Shown in pieces: positions 38,550 to 51,119 of a stretch of DNA of 64,000 nt. The position numbers and the translations under genes are program-made. The DNA is taken from positions 24,614,001 through 24,678,000 of the forward strand of contig OX597838.1 in assembly GCA_951406725.2 (NCBI GenBank), in the 5' to 3' direction. The first letter of the stretch is position 1. Each line of letters begins with the position of its first letter. This stretch comes from Octopus vulgaris. Its lineage: Eukaryota. Below the pieces are notes generated by a model, which saw nothing but the letters and a program-made list of their open reading frames with translations, did no database searches and was not told the origin of the DNA.

Positions 38550-39070
38550 GTAAGCGACGTTAGAGACTTCCATACATATCTCTGCGTGAATGGAAAATCA
38601 CTGGAATGCTATGTTAGTTTTTGTATCTCATTCCATATAAAAGATCTTACAGCATTTAGGAAGTTCTGCAAATATGACTTCACTGTCTTTTCATTTCTTG
38701 TGTCAGCAGTTTATCTAGCATGGGGTATGGCAAAGAAATCTGAGACCCCCTTTGGTCACGATACTGACCATAGGATTGCACCCAGGCACAAGTCCGAGCA
38801 AGGTTGTTTATGGAAGACCAGCAGTCGCCCATGCATACCAGCCTCCCCTCTCCATGCTACCAGTGTTATCCGAGGGAAAGGCAAAGGGGCTGATACAGCT
38901 TGGCCCCTGTGACATCGCAACTCATTTCTACAGCTGAGTGGATTGGAGCAATGTGAAATAAAGTGTCTTGTTCAAGAACACAACATGCAGCCCGGCCCAG
39001 GAATCAAACTCAACCTCACGATCGTATGCTTGATGCTCTAACCACAGAGCCATTTAATTAATAATATTTT

Positions 39071-39357
39071 TTATAATCAACTACCATGCATTGACTAAGT
39101 TAGTTTCATATTAAGGCATATAAGGCCTTGATGGAAAAAAAGTAGGGTTTGCCGTACGCATGGGATTTGAACCCACATCTTTATGTATTAGCAACAATTG
39201 TGCTACCATTTACATTAACGTACTCCTATGTTGCAAATACTTAGAGGTGTGGGTTTGAGTCCCATGCATATGATAAACCCTACTTTTTTCTGTCGAGAGT
39301 TTATAAGCCCCAATATTAAACTATTTAACTTAGTCAATACTTGGTGACTGCTTATAA
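39071..39357. repeat. Imperfect inverted repeat (about 125-bp arms) with tRNA B-box-like segment
   Basis: 39071-39195 vs 39229-39357 reverse complementary. Confidence 0.8.
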
Positions 39358-40121
39358 GATTATTATTATTATTATTTACAAATTGTGCAATTCAGCATCG
39401 GTTACCAAATAATCGCAGAAAACTATTTTAATTGTTTTGAAGAGAGAAATGTAACTGATAATAAAGTGCCCTCAAATAGCTGTCATCCTCTGTATGTAGA
39501 TGTATATCACGTGACCGACCAGGATATCAGATGTTGTTACACATCGCTGGTCACAATGCGCTTCACATTGTTTTAGCCTTCAAATGACGCCACCCCGCTG
39601 GCTAAGAGTACAGCAGAGATCGCCTCCTCCCCCTGCCGGAGCCTCATGGAGCTTTAGGTGTTTTCGCTCAATAAACACAACGCCCGGTCTGGGAATCGAA
39701 ACCGCAATCCTACGACCGCGAGTCCGCTGCCCTAACCACTGGGCCATTGCGCCTCCATGTAGATGTGTATATATATATATATATATATCCATGTGTTCAT
39801 GCATCATCAGCATCTGCTTTCCATGCTGGCATGGGTTGGACTTTTGTGTTTGTAAACGTTTTATCTGGAAGAGGGCTAATTGATTACATTGACTTCCGTG
39901 CTCAACTGGTCCTTAATTTTCGCAAACCCCAGTGTACTTAATTTATTGACCCCCAAAGATGAAAGGCAATGTCAGCCATGGTGGAATATAAACATAAAAC
40001 TGGAGAAAATGCCACTAAGCATTTTATCGTATGTGCCAGCTTAATTCCTTGTGTAATACTATACACATAGCAAAACATTATAATTTGGTTTAAAATCAAT
40101 TTTATTTTTGTATGTTTTCAG

Positions 40122-40940
40122 ATTGAATTGCTCAATAAAGAACTTTCTAATTACCAGAAGAGAGAACAGGAGTTGATAAATCAACTTTGTCCACCGGCAG
40201 AGAAAACAGTTGCTGAATTAATTGAACAAATGGAGGTGCAGCATCGGAACTTACTGAACCAACACTTAGCTCAGCTACGCAGCACCTACCTATCGAATCT
40301 ACCGTCTCACTTGACCGACACTACTATAGTGACCACGTCGACTACATCTTCTCAATCGGACACTCTGCTGACTTCGTCTGCTGTTGCCGACGATGGATGC
40401 GAGCAGGAGCAGCAGGTAGAGAGCGAAGAATACGAGACAGCATCCTCTTTGCGACAGCATCATCAGTCCCATGTCGCAGTCGAGGTAGACAGTGCAGAGA
40501 GCCTAGAGCAACATCAACAGGAACATATAGCTTATTTAACAGACAATGTTGTGGCCCGTATACAGACGGCTCACTCTCATAGTGGCCAGGTCCACGACGA
40601 CATTGTAATCATAACTTCGTCTGAAGATCCGACGGATCAGAACGAACCGAACGAAAGTGGTGGTATGGAGAGTGAGCCTTTAATCATATGTGCTTCGACA
40701 ATGGACGAGGCTGTCAGTTGCAGCACTAACAACGAAGCCGAGAACAACGAGGCTACAGTGATTGATCCGCAACAGGAGCAGCTAAGTACGGAAGAGGAGA
40801 AAAGTGGTTCTAAAGCTGATACAGCGACAGAGGTTCAAGTGGTCAGTATAATTCACGCCCCGAGCAAAAACGACATACCTGTTAATCAACCGAAACCCCC
40901 CTTTGAACCACCAAACAAACGGCTGCGCACTGAAACGTGA
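40122..40940 (+). CDS. Zinc-finger gene last exon (coiled coil, acidic disordered region, NLS PPNKRLR)
   Basis: ttcag acceptor, 272-codon open frame to TGA; AATAAA at 41648-41653. Confidence 0.88.
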   Translation: MELLNKELSNYQKREQELINQLCPPAEKTVAELIEQMEVQHRNLLNQHLAQLRSTYLSNLPSHLTDTTIVTTSTTSSQSDTLLTSSAVADDGCEQEQQVESEEYETASSLRQHHQSHVAVEVDSAESLEQHQQEHIAYLTDNVVARIQTAHSHSGQVHDDIVIITSSEDPTDQNEPNESGGMESEPLIICASTMDEAVSCSTNNEAENNEATVIDPQQEQLSTEEEKSGSKADTATEVQVVSIIHAPSKNDIPVNQPKPPFEPPNKRLRTET

Positions 40941-42018
40941 ATAACAACACTAAAACAAAAAGAAAAGACAAAAAAATGTTCCAAATGGAGAGGAGTTGGG
41001 GTTCGTGCTTGTAACGTTTCACTGAAGATTGTTAACGATCAGTACAGTTTGAAGCTTTCTACACAGTCTTGCATTTAATGAGCTTTAAAAAAAATAATGA
41101 ATTTTTTAATCAACAAATGGGAATTTCTTATCAAGTTGACTCACAAAACAAATAGGTCAATCTTGTGAGAGTCCCAAATGTGTTGAGGTGGGCAAGGTGT
41201 ACAGGCAAGCTGGTGTAAATGTTCAACAGTTCAGAATTTAATTGAAGGGGAAGATTTCGGAGTTATCAGACAAGTAATTCTATAGAAAGATTCTCTCTGG
41301 TTCATATTGAAATTTCTTCTTTACCTCATGTGTTAAAACATTGTGTGTTTGTACATGTGTTGTGTATGTATGTATGTTTTGTTTTCTGTGTATCTGACAG
41401 AAATATTTGTATGTACACTTGGAATAACAGAAAAAGTCAAACCAAAACAAATATAAAAGAGTGGGGGAGGGAATTAACTCTCAGCATCACTTCTTCACTC
41501 CCAGTCCTGACAGTTAAAAAAAAAAAAAAAAAAACCTTCCTTCAATTAAGGTTTAATCTTCTTCTTCCCTTTTGTCCTGTCTGGTTCATGTAGAAAAGAG
41601 AAGTCCTAAAATAACAAAATAAGATCCGTGCACATTGAAACAGTGTAAATAAAGAATATTTATTTTCTTTGACTTGTTTTACTCTGAGATTTCCGACGAG
41701 AATGAGATGTCAAACATTTTAGCTAGATGGTGGTGTGCTCACGTCCCCGTAACTTAGCAGTTCGGCAAAAGAGACCGATAGAATAAGTACTAGGCTTACA
41801 AAGAATAAGTCCTGGGGTTGATTTGCTCAACTAAAGGCGGTGCTCCAGCATAGTTACAGTGAAATGACTGAAACAAGTAAAAGAATAAAAGAGATATGTG
41901 TGTGTATCTATGTGCTTGTCCCCATCACTGCTTGAAAACAGGTGCTGGTATATTTAGTTCCTTGTAAATGTCTCCTAACATTTAGCACTTAGATTATTCT
42001 GTCAAATCCAATGCTTAT

Positions 42019-42360
42019 TTATTACCTCCGCCTTAGCAAAGGCATTGCTTTCAGTTGTGTTTGTTTGTCCGTGGACAAGATGTCTCAAGAACCACTGGGT
42101 GGATTCAGATGAAACTTCCAGGGATGTGTGGTCTCGTGACTGGTACAAACTGATTAGATTTGAGGATAAATCCAGTACCAGACAAGGATTCTAGATTATT
42201 TTTCCTGGCTTTTTTTTTCTTACTTAATTTTTGAGAGTGGTCGGGTTCATTTTTAGTATTCTCGTTTGTGAGAACACGAGTTTATTTCAGATATTCTCAT
42301 TTTAAAAATCATCGCTGGCTAATCATTGAGAGGATGTAGGTGTTTCTTTTCAAATAACTG
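42019..42360 (+). mobile_element. Helentron/HINE-like non-autonomous element inserted in a piggyBac-type MITE
   Basis: Starts ttattacctccgcc, then gtttgtttgtcc repeats and ggattcagatgaaactt, as in DINE-1/HINE-like elements. Confidence 0.55.
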
Positions 42361-43220
42361 AGTATTATCTCATAGCATTAAGATTTCAATGATGTGATTG
42401 TGTATTTTCAGAACGACATTGTAGAACAGGTATAAGAGGTTGGATCTGATCAGTTTGAACATAAAACAGGTTGTATACTCGGGCCGGTTATGGTTGGTTT
42501 AAATTCTAAAGGGTTAAACCAGCCATATGTAGACCAAGTATTCTACCAGTCGTGTTCAAACTGGCCAGATTTGGCTCTTCACACCTACCCTACAATGTTA
42601 GCTTAAAAATAACATCAAATTGTAGTTGTGAGCCCCGTGCCAGTAGCACGTAAAAAGTACCATCCGAACGTGGCTGATGCCAGTGCTACCTTGACTGGCT
42701 TCTGTGCCGGTGGCACATAAGCATTCTCCGATCATGGTCGATGCCAGCTCGCCTGGCCCCTTTTGCTGGGGGCACTTAAAAAGCACCCACTACACTCAAA
42801 GTGGTTGGCGTTAGGAAGGGCATCCAGCTGTAGAAACACTGCCAGATCAGATTGGGGCCTGGTGCAATCTTTTGGCTTCCCAGACCCCAGTCGAACTGTC
42901 CAACCCATGCCAGCAATGGAAAACGGACATTAAATGATGATTATTGAAATCTCAAAGCTGTGAGATAATCCATGATTAATTCAAGGAGTAAATACTATCT
43001 GATGGAACAATTTGAATGCTAAAGGAGGCTAAAAATAATTACCTAAATCATACTTCACACACACGTATTCATTCATCTGTTCATGCCCCGCATATATATA
43101 AATATACACGCACATTAGCTATTTAGTGTATTGTTGAAGTCAAAACAAGAACAAATTTAGAAAAAAGGTAATTTTTATTGTAAAAGATATATTTAAAAAA
43201 ACTGTATAAAAGAGTTGAAG

Positions 43221-43299
43221 TCATTGAGGGGCATCTATCACAAGTTCAGCATCATCGTCGACATCACCCAACAATCCTGAGGCGTCCTGGGCTGTTTCA
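43221..43299 (-). CDS. INO80E: INO80E last exon (ETAQDASGLLGDVDDDAELVIDAPQ*)
   Basis: gccag acceptor; resembles vertebrate C-terminus DDDLVIDIPE; AATAAA (minus) at 43174-43179. Confidence 0.85.
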
Positions 43300-44697
43300 C
43301 TGGCAGAAGAAAATGGAAAGAGAAACACATTTATTTTTGTAGAGAGAATTAGAAATGAAGGAATTATAAATTTTTACCAAGTCTTTACCCATTGCTATGC
43401 TGTTGGTAAAAAAAAAAACAAAATTGTTAATCATGCACACAGTTGCAGACATGGCTGTGGTAAGAAGCTTGCTTCCCAACCACATGGTTCTGAGTTCAGT
43501 CCCACTGTGTGGCACCTTGGGCTGACCAAAGCTTTGTGAGTGGATTTGGTAGGCGCAAACTGAAAGAAACTCATTGTGTGTATATATGTATCATCATCGT
43601 TTAATGTCCGTTCTCCATGCTAGCATGGGTTGGACGGTTCGACCGGGGATCTGGGAAGCCAGAAGGCTGCACCAGGCTCCAGTCTTATCTGGCAATGTTT
43701 CTACAGCTGGATGCCCTTCCTAACACCAACCACTCCGTGAGTGTAGTGGGTGCTTTTTACGTGCCACCTGCACATAAATATATATATATATTATAGGCGT
43801 AGGAGTGGCTGTGTGGTAAGCTTGTTTACGGACCACATGGTTCCGGGTTCAGTACCACAGTGCAGCACCTTGGACCAGTGTCTTCTACTATAGCCTCGGG
43901 CCGACCAAAGCCTTGTGAGTGGATTTGGTAGACGAAAACTGAAAGAAGCCCGTCGTATATTTATGTATGAGTGTGTATATGTTTGTGTTTGTCCCCCAAC
44001 ATTGCTTGACAACCGATGGTGGTGTGTTTACGTCCCCGTAACTTAGCAGTTCAGCAAAAGAGACTGATAGAATAAGTACCAGGCTTACAAAGAATAAGTC
44101 CTGGGGTTGATTTGCTCGACTAAAGGCAGTGCTCCAGCATGGTTACAGTGAAATAACTGAAACAAGTAAAAGAATAAAAGAGATATGTGTGTGTATCTAT
44201 GTGCTTGTCCCCATCACTGCTTGAAAACAGGTGCTGGTATATTTAGTTCCTCGTAACTTAGTGTTTCAGCAAAAGATGCTGAGAGAACAAGTCCTGGTGG
44301 CGACTTTTTTGTTCAGCTAAAAACTCTAAGGTGGTCACAGCATGGCCACAGTCAACTGAAACAAGGAAAAGAATACTTTCTTTTAACAGTAGACGGTTGG
44401 TGAGAATACTCTACTTACCTATCTATCTCTCACTTGTATTTCTGTCAACAATAACAACCAAAAACATAACTATATTGTTATATAACGAAAGTCTTGTTTT
44501 TTTTTCAAAGCTGTGTTTTGACAGAATTGCACTTAAAATTCCCGCATTTTTCATTACAATGGTGACAACACTACCTATCTGTCTTTCTTTCAAATTTTTC
44601 TCCTCCCCTTCTCCCAGTAGATGTGATGGACAGACTGAAGGAAATTTGCTTCTCTTTAATAATATGGGATTTTGAGGAAGCATTTCTTTTCAATATA

Positions 44698-45939
44698 TTT
44701 GGTCATCCTATAAATAACGCATTCTTTTCAATTGCATGAACTAAAAGTCGGAGCGGCAATGGGATAAACTACCAGCATCAACTTGCTATGAAAGCAGGTA
44801 GTAATTTTACCTTTGTATTTATTCTTAGTGCAAGTTTTGAAGAGCACAGTTTTATTTTAACAGTTATTTGTTCAAAGCTATAATGAAAGTGACAAAAGAG
44901 CATAGTCAGCATATTTTGCTTAATGAGTTCAATAAAGGCAACAATGCAACAGAAAGTGCATTGAATATTAATGCAGTATATGAGGATCGGACAATAAGCA
45001 TAAGCCAGTGTCAACAGAAATTCTCAGCCACTACCTACAGCCTAGAAGATGAGCCTTGTCCTGGAAGATTTGTAGAGCTCAATGAGGATGTCCTGCAAAC
45101 CCAGGTGGAACAAAATCCCATTGTAACTGTTGAGGAATTAGCAGAGAAGCTTGGATTTGGTTATTCAACCATTCATCAACACCTACGTATCATCAGAAAA
45201 GTCAGCAAATTGGGTCAATGGGTTCTTCACAAACTTTCCGAGTCTAATCGCGTGCAGAGAGTGAATGTGTGCTCTTCTCTGCTGTCACGTCTCATGAATG
45301 AACCTATTTTGGAGTGAATGGTGACAAGAAACAGGATCTCTATAAAAATGTCAAGTGCCAAAGACAGTGGGTAGGGAAAGGAGAAACACTAGCTTCAAAG
45401 TCTTCACTCATATAAGGTATTGTTATCTGGTAGGATACGAAAGGTTTAGTCCACTTTGAACCTTCAAACCCAAACCAAACGATAACAAAGGAGATCTACT
45501 GCAAGTAGCTTAAGTCAGCACTAGAAGAAAAACGACTGTCTTTGGTTTCAAGACGAAAGGTGTTCTTCCATCAGGATAATGCTTGGCCACATACAGCCAG
45601 GATAACATTCTAAAGGCTGGAACAGTTTGAATGGGAAACGATGCCCCACCTACCATATTTGCTGAACATTGCCCCATCTGATTATCATTTATTCTGCACT
45701 CTTCAAAATCATTTGGATGGAAAAAATATGAATTCTGTAGATGAGGTCAGAACAGTACTAGAGGAGTATTTTTCGTCACGGATAAGTGAATTTTGGAAGA
45801 GGAGCCTTGCAAGTCTACCAGATAGATGGAAGAGCATTGTAGGAAATGAAGGAGAGTATATTTTAGATTAAAAAAGAACTTTATCTTAATTTTGAAATAT
45901 AAAAGTATAAAAAAAACTGCATTATTTGTGATGACCCAA
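44698..45939 (+). mobile_element. Near full-length mariner (DD34D) element with inactivated transposase, in INO80E last intron
   Basis: About 28-bp TIRs flanked by TA; WVLHKL, HQDNAWPH, IAPSDYHLF motifs; stops and frameshifts. Confidence 0.92.
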
Positions 45940-46519
45940 TACTAAGCCAGTGGATCTCAACCATTTTTTGTCTAAAGACCTCTTTGATTTCTATTTTATT
46001 CTGGCAGACACCATCACCACTCGAAGATCAAAAACTAATTTTATAGATCCTTCTTTCAAAGTTCGTATTTCGTTTTTTCACACATTAAATTGTGTAGGTT
46101 GAACTATGTAGAACGTTAGAGAAAGAAACCTAGCTGTTTTCTTTCTTGCAAGATATACAAACAAAGTAACATTCTTTCATGGACTCTCAAAATACTACTG
46201 TGTGTCACTCAATTTCCTATTTTGCTTGAATGGCACCCAAAAATCTTACACGGACCTCAGTTAAGCACAGCACTAAACAAACACAAGCATTGCTAGAAAT
46301 AGGAGTCAAAAAACAGAAGCGCTTTCTATTTACTGAGAGGGGAGATAACCTACCCACTACAAGCGAGTGAGAAAAAAGAAAACGTGCTTCTGTGGCTAGA
46401 GTTCTTTGAGTTTTATTTCTAGCAAGGCTGAGGCTCCCTGTACCCTTCATCATTTTTTAGTGATGGTGAGTTATATATAAACATACTTGCCATATAATGT
46501 TAACTCCACCATAACAACT

Positions 46520-47135
46520 TAAGATGTTATCAATCTAGGTCGTGCCCCAAGACTGTTTCCACACGTTTTCCCCACTCATCTCGATCTTCCATAATGGTCC
46601 TCAGCTTCTGTACCTCTTCCACACCAGAATCCTCCAGCAAGTTGTCGATATAGGTTGTCTTACTCCTTCCTCTCCTGGTTGTGAGATTGTTAGCAATTTC
46701 ATCGGTGTGTCTGATGCAGTGTCCAGCTGGCCTCATCCTTCTATGCTGTATCTTCAATGTTACTTTTGGTAGTCCCTGGTATAAGTGTCGGCATTTGTTG
46801 TATGACTCTTCCAGGAGACATTAAATGCCATCCTAAGCATCCTCGTATGACAACCGTCCAACTGCTTCTTCAATGCTATAGTGAGCATCCATGTTTCAGC
46901 CCCATATAGAACAGACTCCACACCACTGTTACCAGAAACAACCTCACTTTCAATTTCCTTGCCAAAATTGAACTCCTTACCTTTCTCAATTTATGGCATG
47001 CTCTCCAGGCCAAAGCTTTCCTTGCTCCGATGTCTTTTTCAGTACTTTGTGTCCACACACCAAAGTATTTAAAATTTTCAACTACCTTGAGCGACTTACT
47101 TTCACTTTCACTATGGGCTTCAAAAGTAGATACAA
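46520..47135 (-). mobile_element. RTE-clade LINE 3' fragment
   Basis: VENFKYFG, LFYGAETW, LDGCHTRMLR, AGHCIRH motifs. Confidence 0.82.
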
Positions 47136-47308
47136 ACACAAACATTCTACATGCTTATGCAAGAAATCATTATTTAACAACAAAACACAAAATCATTGAA
47201 ATTTATCCCATCTTCTTCTCCTTTTCACCAATGATAGAGTGGTCTTGTTCTAAAAGAACATCCATGTTTAAGTGGCAATAAATACAGTGATGTTTGATTG
47301 TCACTCAC

Positions 47309-47474
47309 CTGTCAGGATCAGAGTTTTCATTGCTAAATATTTCCATTGGTAACTTGGCAGGTGCTTTCTCAATTCCGAAAGAATGCTGTCGAGACTCCAA
47401 ATGTCTTTCTAGTTCTTCCCGGGTCATCTGGCCAGCGATTCTTTCAGGCTGTGGTTCAGGGGCTTTGGGTGTAC
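47309..47474 (-). CDS. INO80E: INO80E exon 7 (TPKAPEPQ...MTREELERHLE...LPMEIFSNENSDPD)
   Basis: tccag acceptor, AG|gtgagt donor, phases fit. Confidence 0.82.
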
Positions 47475-48276
47475 CTGGACATAATCCAAAGATATAATGG
47501 TTCAGTAAGACACGGCACTGAAGACAGTTGATAGGTAAAAGAGAATCAATTAGATAAGTGGTTCCCAACCATTTTTTCGCCTATGGACCTCTTTGATTCC
47601 TATTTTACTCAGGTGGACCCTCATAACCATTCCATGTTTGAAACAAAATCCTATTGTATTTTTCATCATCATCATTATCATTTAGCATCCATTGACCATG
47701 CTGGCATGGGTTGGATGGTTTGACCAGGGCTGGCAAGCTGGAAGGCTGCACCAAAGCATGGTTTCTATGGCTGGATGCCCTTCCTAACACCAACCACTCT
47801 GTGAGTAATGCGGGCTTTTGGGTGCCATATACATGATACCAGTATCTGCTACAAATGTGATCTTACTTGGCTTGATGAGTCTTCTCGAGCACAACATAAT
47901 GCCAAAGATCTCGGAGGCCCAAAACTAAGTCCCAAGTTACTTCTTACAGAGCTGAATCATGCACAAAAGCATTCCAACCATGGCCATTCTATCTATTGCT
48001 ATATGTACATCTACATTGTTCAATCCCAACCTCCTTGGGACCACTCCTGCTTCACATTTTAAAATCTCACGTAAATTTATTCTCCAAATATCAGTTTAAT
48101 ATTGATGAAGTAATTTTTAAAAATTCTTCTTGATTTTCAAAATTAATTGAAATAAAAACAATATATTTCAATAGAAATATGATGCCAAACTATACGATTT
48201 GAGGAACATTTAGCTGCAGTTTCTGGGAGGTCATATGACCTTGTAAAACAAAAGGAAAATAAACCAAAAGACTTAC

Positions 48277-48349
48277 TTGATTTTGTGGTTGATTTTTTAA
48301 TTGTGGTTTTGGTTTTCTTTTTATTTTCTGGTGTGACTAAGGGAGATGG
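48277..48349 (-). CDS. INO80E: INO80E exon 6 (PSPLVTPENKKKTKTTIKKSTTKS)
   Basis: ggcag acceptor, gtaagt donor. Confidence 0.78.
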
Positions 48350-49079
48350 CTGCCAAATGCAAGGACCAGGTGTGGAGGAATGGAAGAAAAAAAAGGAAAA
48401 CAAAAACAACCCATGAATAATGCGAACTGCATGAATGTGCAGTAAGAATATTTAGCAATCAGACCACTCTATCTGATGTTGCGATTCACTAGAAATTACC
48501 TACATCAGTGAAAAGATCTGACCAACCAAGACTTTGCCTGGAACCGGCTCCAAAAACAACTTCATCTTTTGGTGCTTATATATATATATATAAAAATTAT
48601 ATATACATAATATAAATATATGCATATATACATATATGTACATACCTACATATATATGTATATATACATGCATATATGGGCACAGGACATCAAAAAAGAC
48701 GTTAAACACAACGAGAAACGAAAACATAAAAACAAAAACATAGAAACGAACTTTTTTTTCGGACAACGGTAAAAACAAACAGAAAAACGAGACATACAAC
48801 ATAAAGAATATTCCCCTTCTACAGCTGTCCCTGTTTCAACTACTACACATTTCGAAGGCAATATGTAAGTATATATATATATAAATATATATGTATTCTT
48901 TATTTAAAAGCAGCAGAAATTCAACAAAACCTGTTACTTGGAGTTTCATGTTCCCGTTTGTCGGACAGTTTTGTTAAAATATTTTGTTGAATTTTCTGCT
49001 GCTTTTAAATAAAGCATATTACTCTACCCCTGGTATTTGAGTACTCTTTTTTCCACCTTGTTTCACATATATGTATATA

Positions 49080-49296
49080 TAAGGAGGTGCTGCAAAGTTC
49101 CTGGCTCTGGGTAAAAGCAAATACAAGAGGATCGGTTAATCACAATTTTATTCAACATATTCCCCTCTGACATTTGCACACTTATTGCAGAAGTCCTTCA
49201 AATTTTCTAAGCCTTGTAAAAGAACTCAGAAGGTTGGGCCTCCAACCAGGCCTTTATTGATAGCCTTAAAGCCAGGAACCTTTTAGAACCCCCTTG
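49080..49296. mobile_element. Mariner-type MITE (about 215 bp); copies at 53645-53856, truncated at ~9475 and ~10350
   Basis: TIRs ggtgctg..aagttcctggct / agccaggaac.tttt..aacccc, TA flanks. Confidence 0.8.
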
Positions 49297-49323
49297 TATA
49301 CATGTATGTGTGTGCACGTGTGC

Positions 49324-49373
<50 letters not shown>

Positions 49374-49387
49374 CACATACACACATG

Positions 49388-49892
49388 TGTAACAAGAATA
49401 TTTAGCAATCAGATCACTATATCTGATGACGCGATTCACAAAAATATTACTCATGTCATTGAAAAGATCTGACCAATGAAGACTTGGTCTGGAAGTGGCT
49501 CCAGGAATGATTTCATCTTTCGGTTCATTTCTTCCCGAGTCTAAACCTTCACCATATATTCACTGCACTTCAGTTACTCTGAAGGGATGAGACAGCAGAC
49601 AGACAGTGAAGAGATGGTTGACAGCAGCTAAAGCAATGAACGGACGATGGACAGCAGCTTATCCAAGCTGACAATACAAAAGCAATGAACAGACGGTGAA
49701 CTGAACGGTGAACTAGAGACAGAAGACAGTAGCCTCACCAGCAGCTAGCACAATGAATGAACAACAACAGGGACACAAGAACCAGCAAACATTTTGACTG
49801 CTGCTACATTCACATCAGTCCGAGAACAACAATATTCAAACACACTCAATGGTTTATTGGGCAGAGTAGTGACACCATTTTACTTGGTTACA
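49388..49892. mobile_element. Probable solo LTR; diverged partial copy at ~48438-48575
   Basis: TGTAAC...GTTACA termini, about 500 bp, no sustained ORF. Confidence 0.5.
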
Positions 49893-50146
49893 TGGAAAGA
49901 ATAATTATTTTATTTATCAGAATTCTCAACTCTTTAGGCATAGGAGTGGCTGTGTGGTAAGTAGCTTGCTTACCAACCACAGGTTCAGTCCCACTGCGTG
50001 GCACCTTGAGCAAGTGTCTTCTACTATAGCCTCGGGCCGACCAAAGCCTTGTTAGTGGATTTGGTAGACGGAAACTGAAAGAAGCCCGTCGTATATATGT
50101 ATGTATATATATATATATATATGTGTATGTATGTATGTATATATAC

Positions 50147-50178
<32 letters not shown>

Positions 50179-50372
50179 CTGTGTTTGTTCCCCCAACATC
50201 GCTTGACAACCGATGGTGGTGTATTTACGTCCCCGTAACTTAGCGGTTCAGCAAAAGAGACCGATAGAATAAATACTAGGCTTACAAAGAATAAGTCTTG
50301 GGTCAACTTGCTCGACTAAAGGTGTTGCTCCAGCATGGTTGCAATCAAATGAGTGAAACAAGTAAAAGAGTA

Positions 50373-51119
50373 AAGTTTAATGTACTAGCTCACTTCTGCT
50401 GTTTACAGCAGTGCTTGGAAGGAAGATGTGTAGCATGTGATTGTTGCACTGAGAGAGAAAGTTGGGTAGAGAATCTGCATCAAATTTTGTCAAAAGCATG
50501 GTGATACCTGCTCAGAGGCCTACACAAAGTTTTCATCATTCTCGACACAATCAAGGAAATCTTGTGCAACTCAAACCCGAGTGTCTTTTTGGTCAGCTGA
50601 AAGCAGTTTTGGCACAAACTTGGCAAACACGTGACTCATTCCCAAATCTTCAGTGATAATGGACTGAACTGAATCTTAACTAATCTACACATCATCTGAT
50701 AACTCACAGATGGTGATTAAATGACTTTCCCCTCACAGCTGCATGCACCTCTGTGATGTTCTTCCCAGTTCTGCTGATTGTGGGTCTTCCAGAACGCTTG
50801 TCAATATCGACATTTTTTTTGGTAATTTTGGAAACGTCTGAACCACTCACACACTCTTCTCCATACATTTTCTGCAACTTTGCATAGGCTTCTGAGCAGG
50901 TATCACCATGACATCTTTCTTTGTCAAGGTCAATGTGACGATCCCACGCTACATACCCTCCTTCCAAGCACTGCTGTAAACAGCAGAAGTGAGCTAGAAC
51001 ATTAAAACTTAGTACACAGACATAGCAGAGTTCAAGGTCAATCTATGCCTAGTGGTTTCACTCTGCATGCTTTAGCTTTGTTACTATGGCAACAGTCCGG
51101 ATACTTATTGATCAGACCC
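50373..51119 (-). mobile_element. Rearranged mariner 5' portion (TIR near 51119) with inverted duplicate at 50373-50531
   Basis: DTCSEAYAKLQKMYGEECVS..KRSGRP transposase N-terminus. Confidence 0.75.

Noticed and set aside
38460-38912. 150-aa ORF as a single exon
   Set aside because: Only 38415-38549 is exon; the rest reads through intron and SINE
44868-45871. Domesticated or active transposase
   Set aside because: Stops and frameshifts; TIRs diverged
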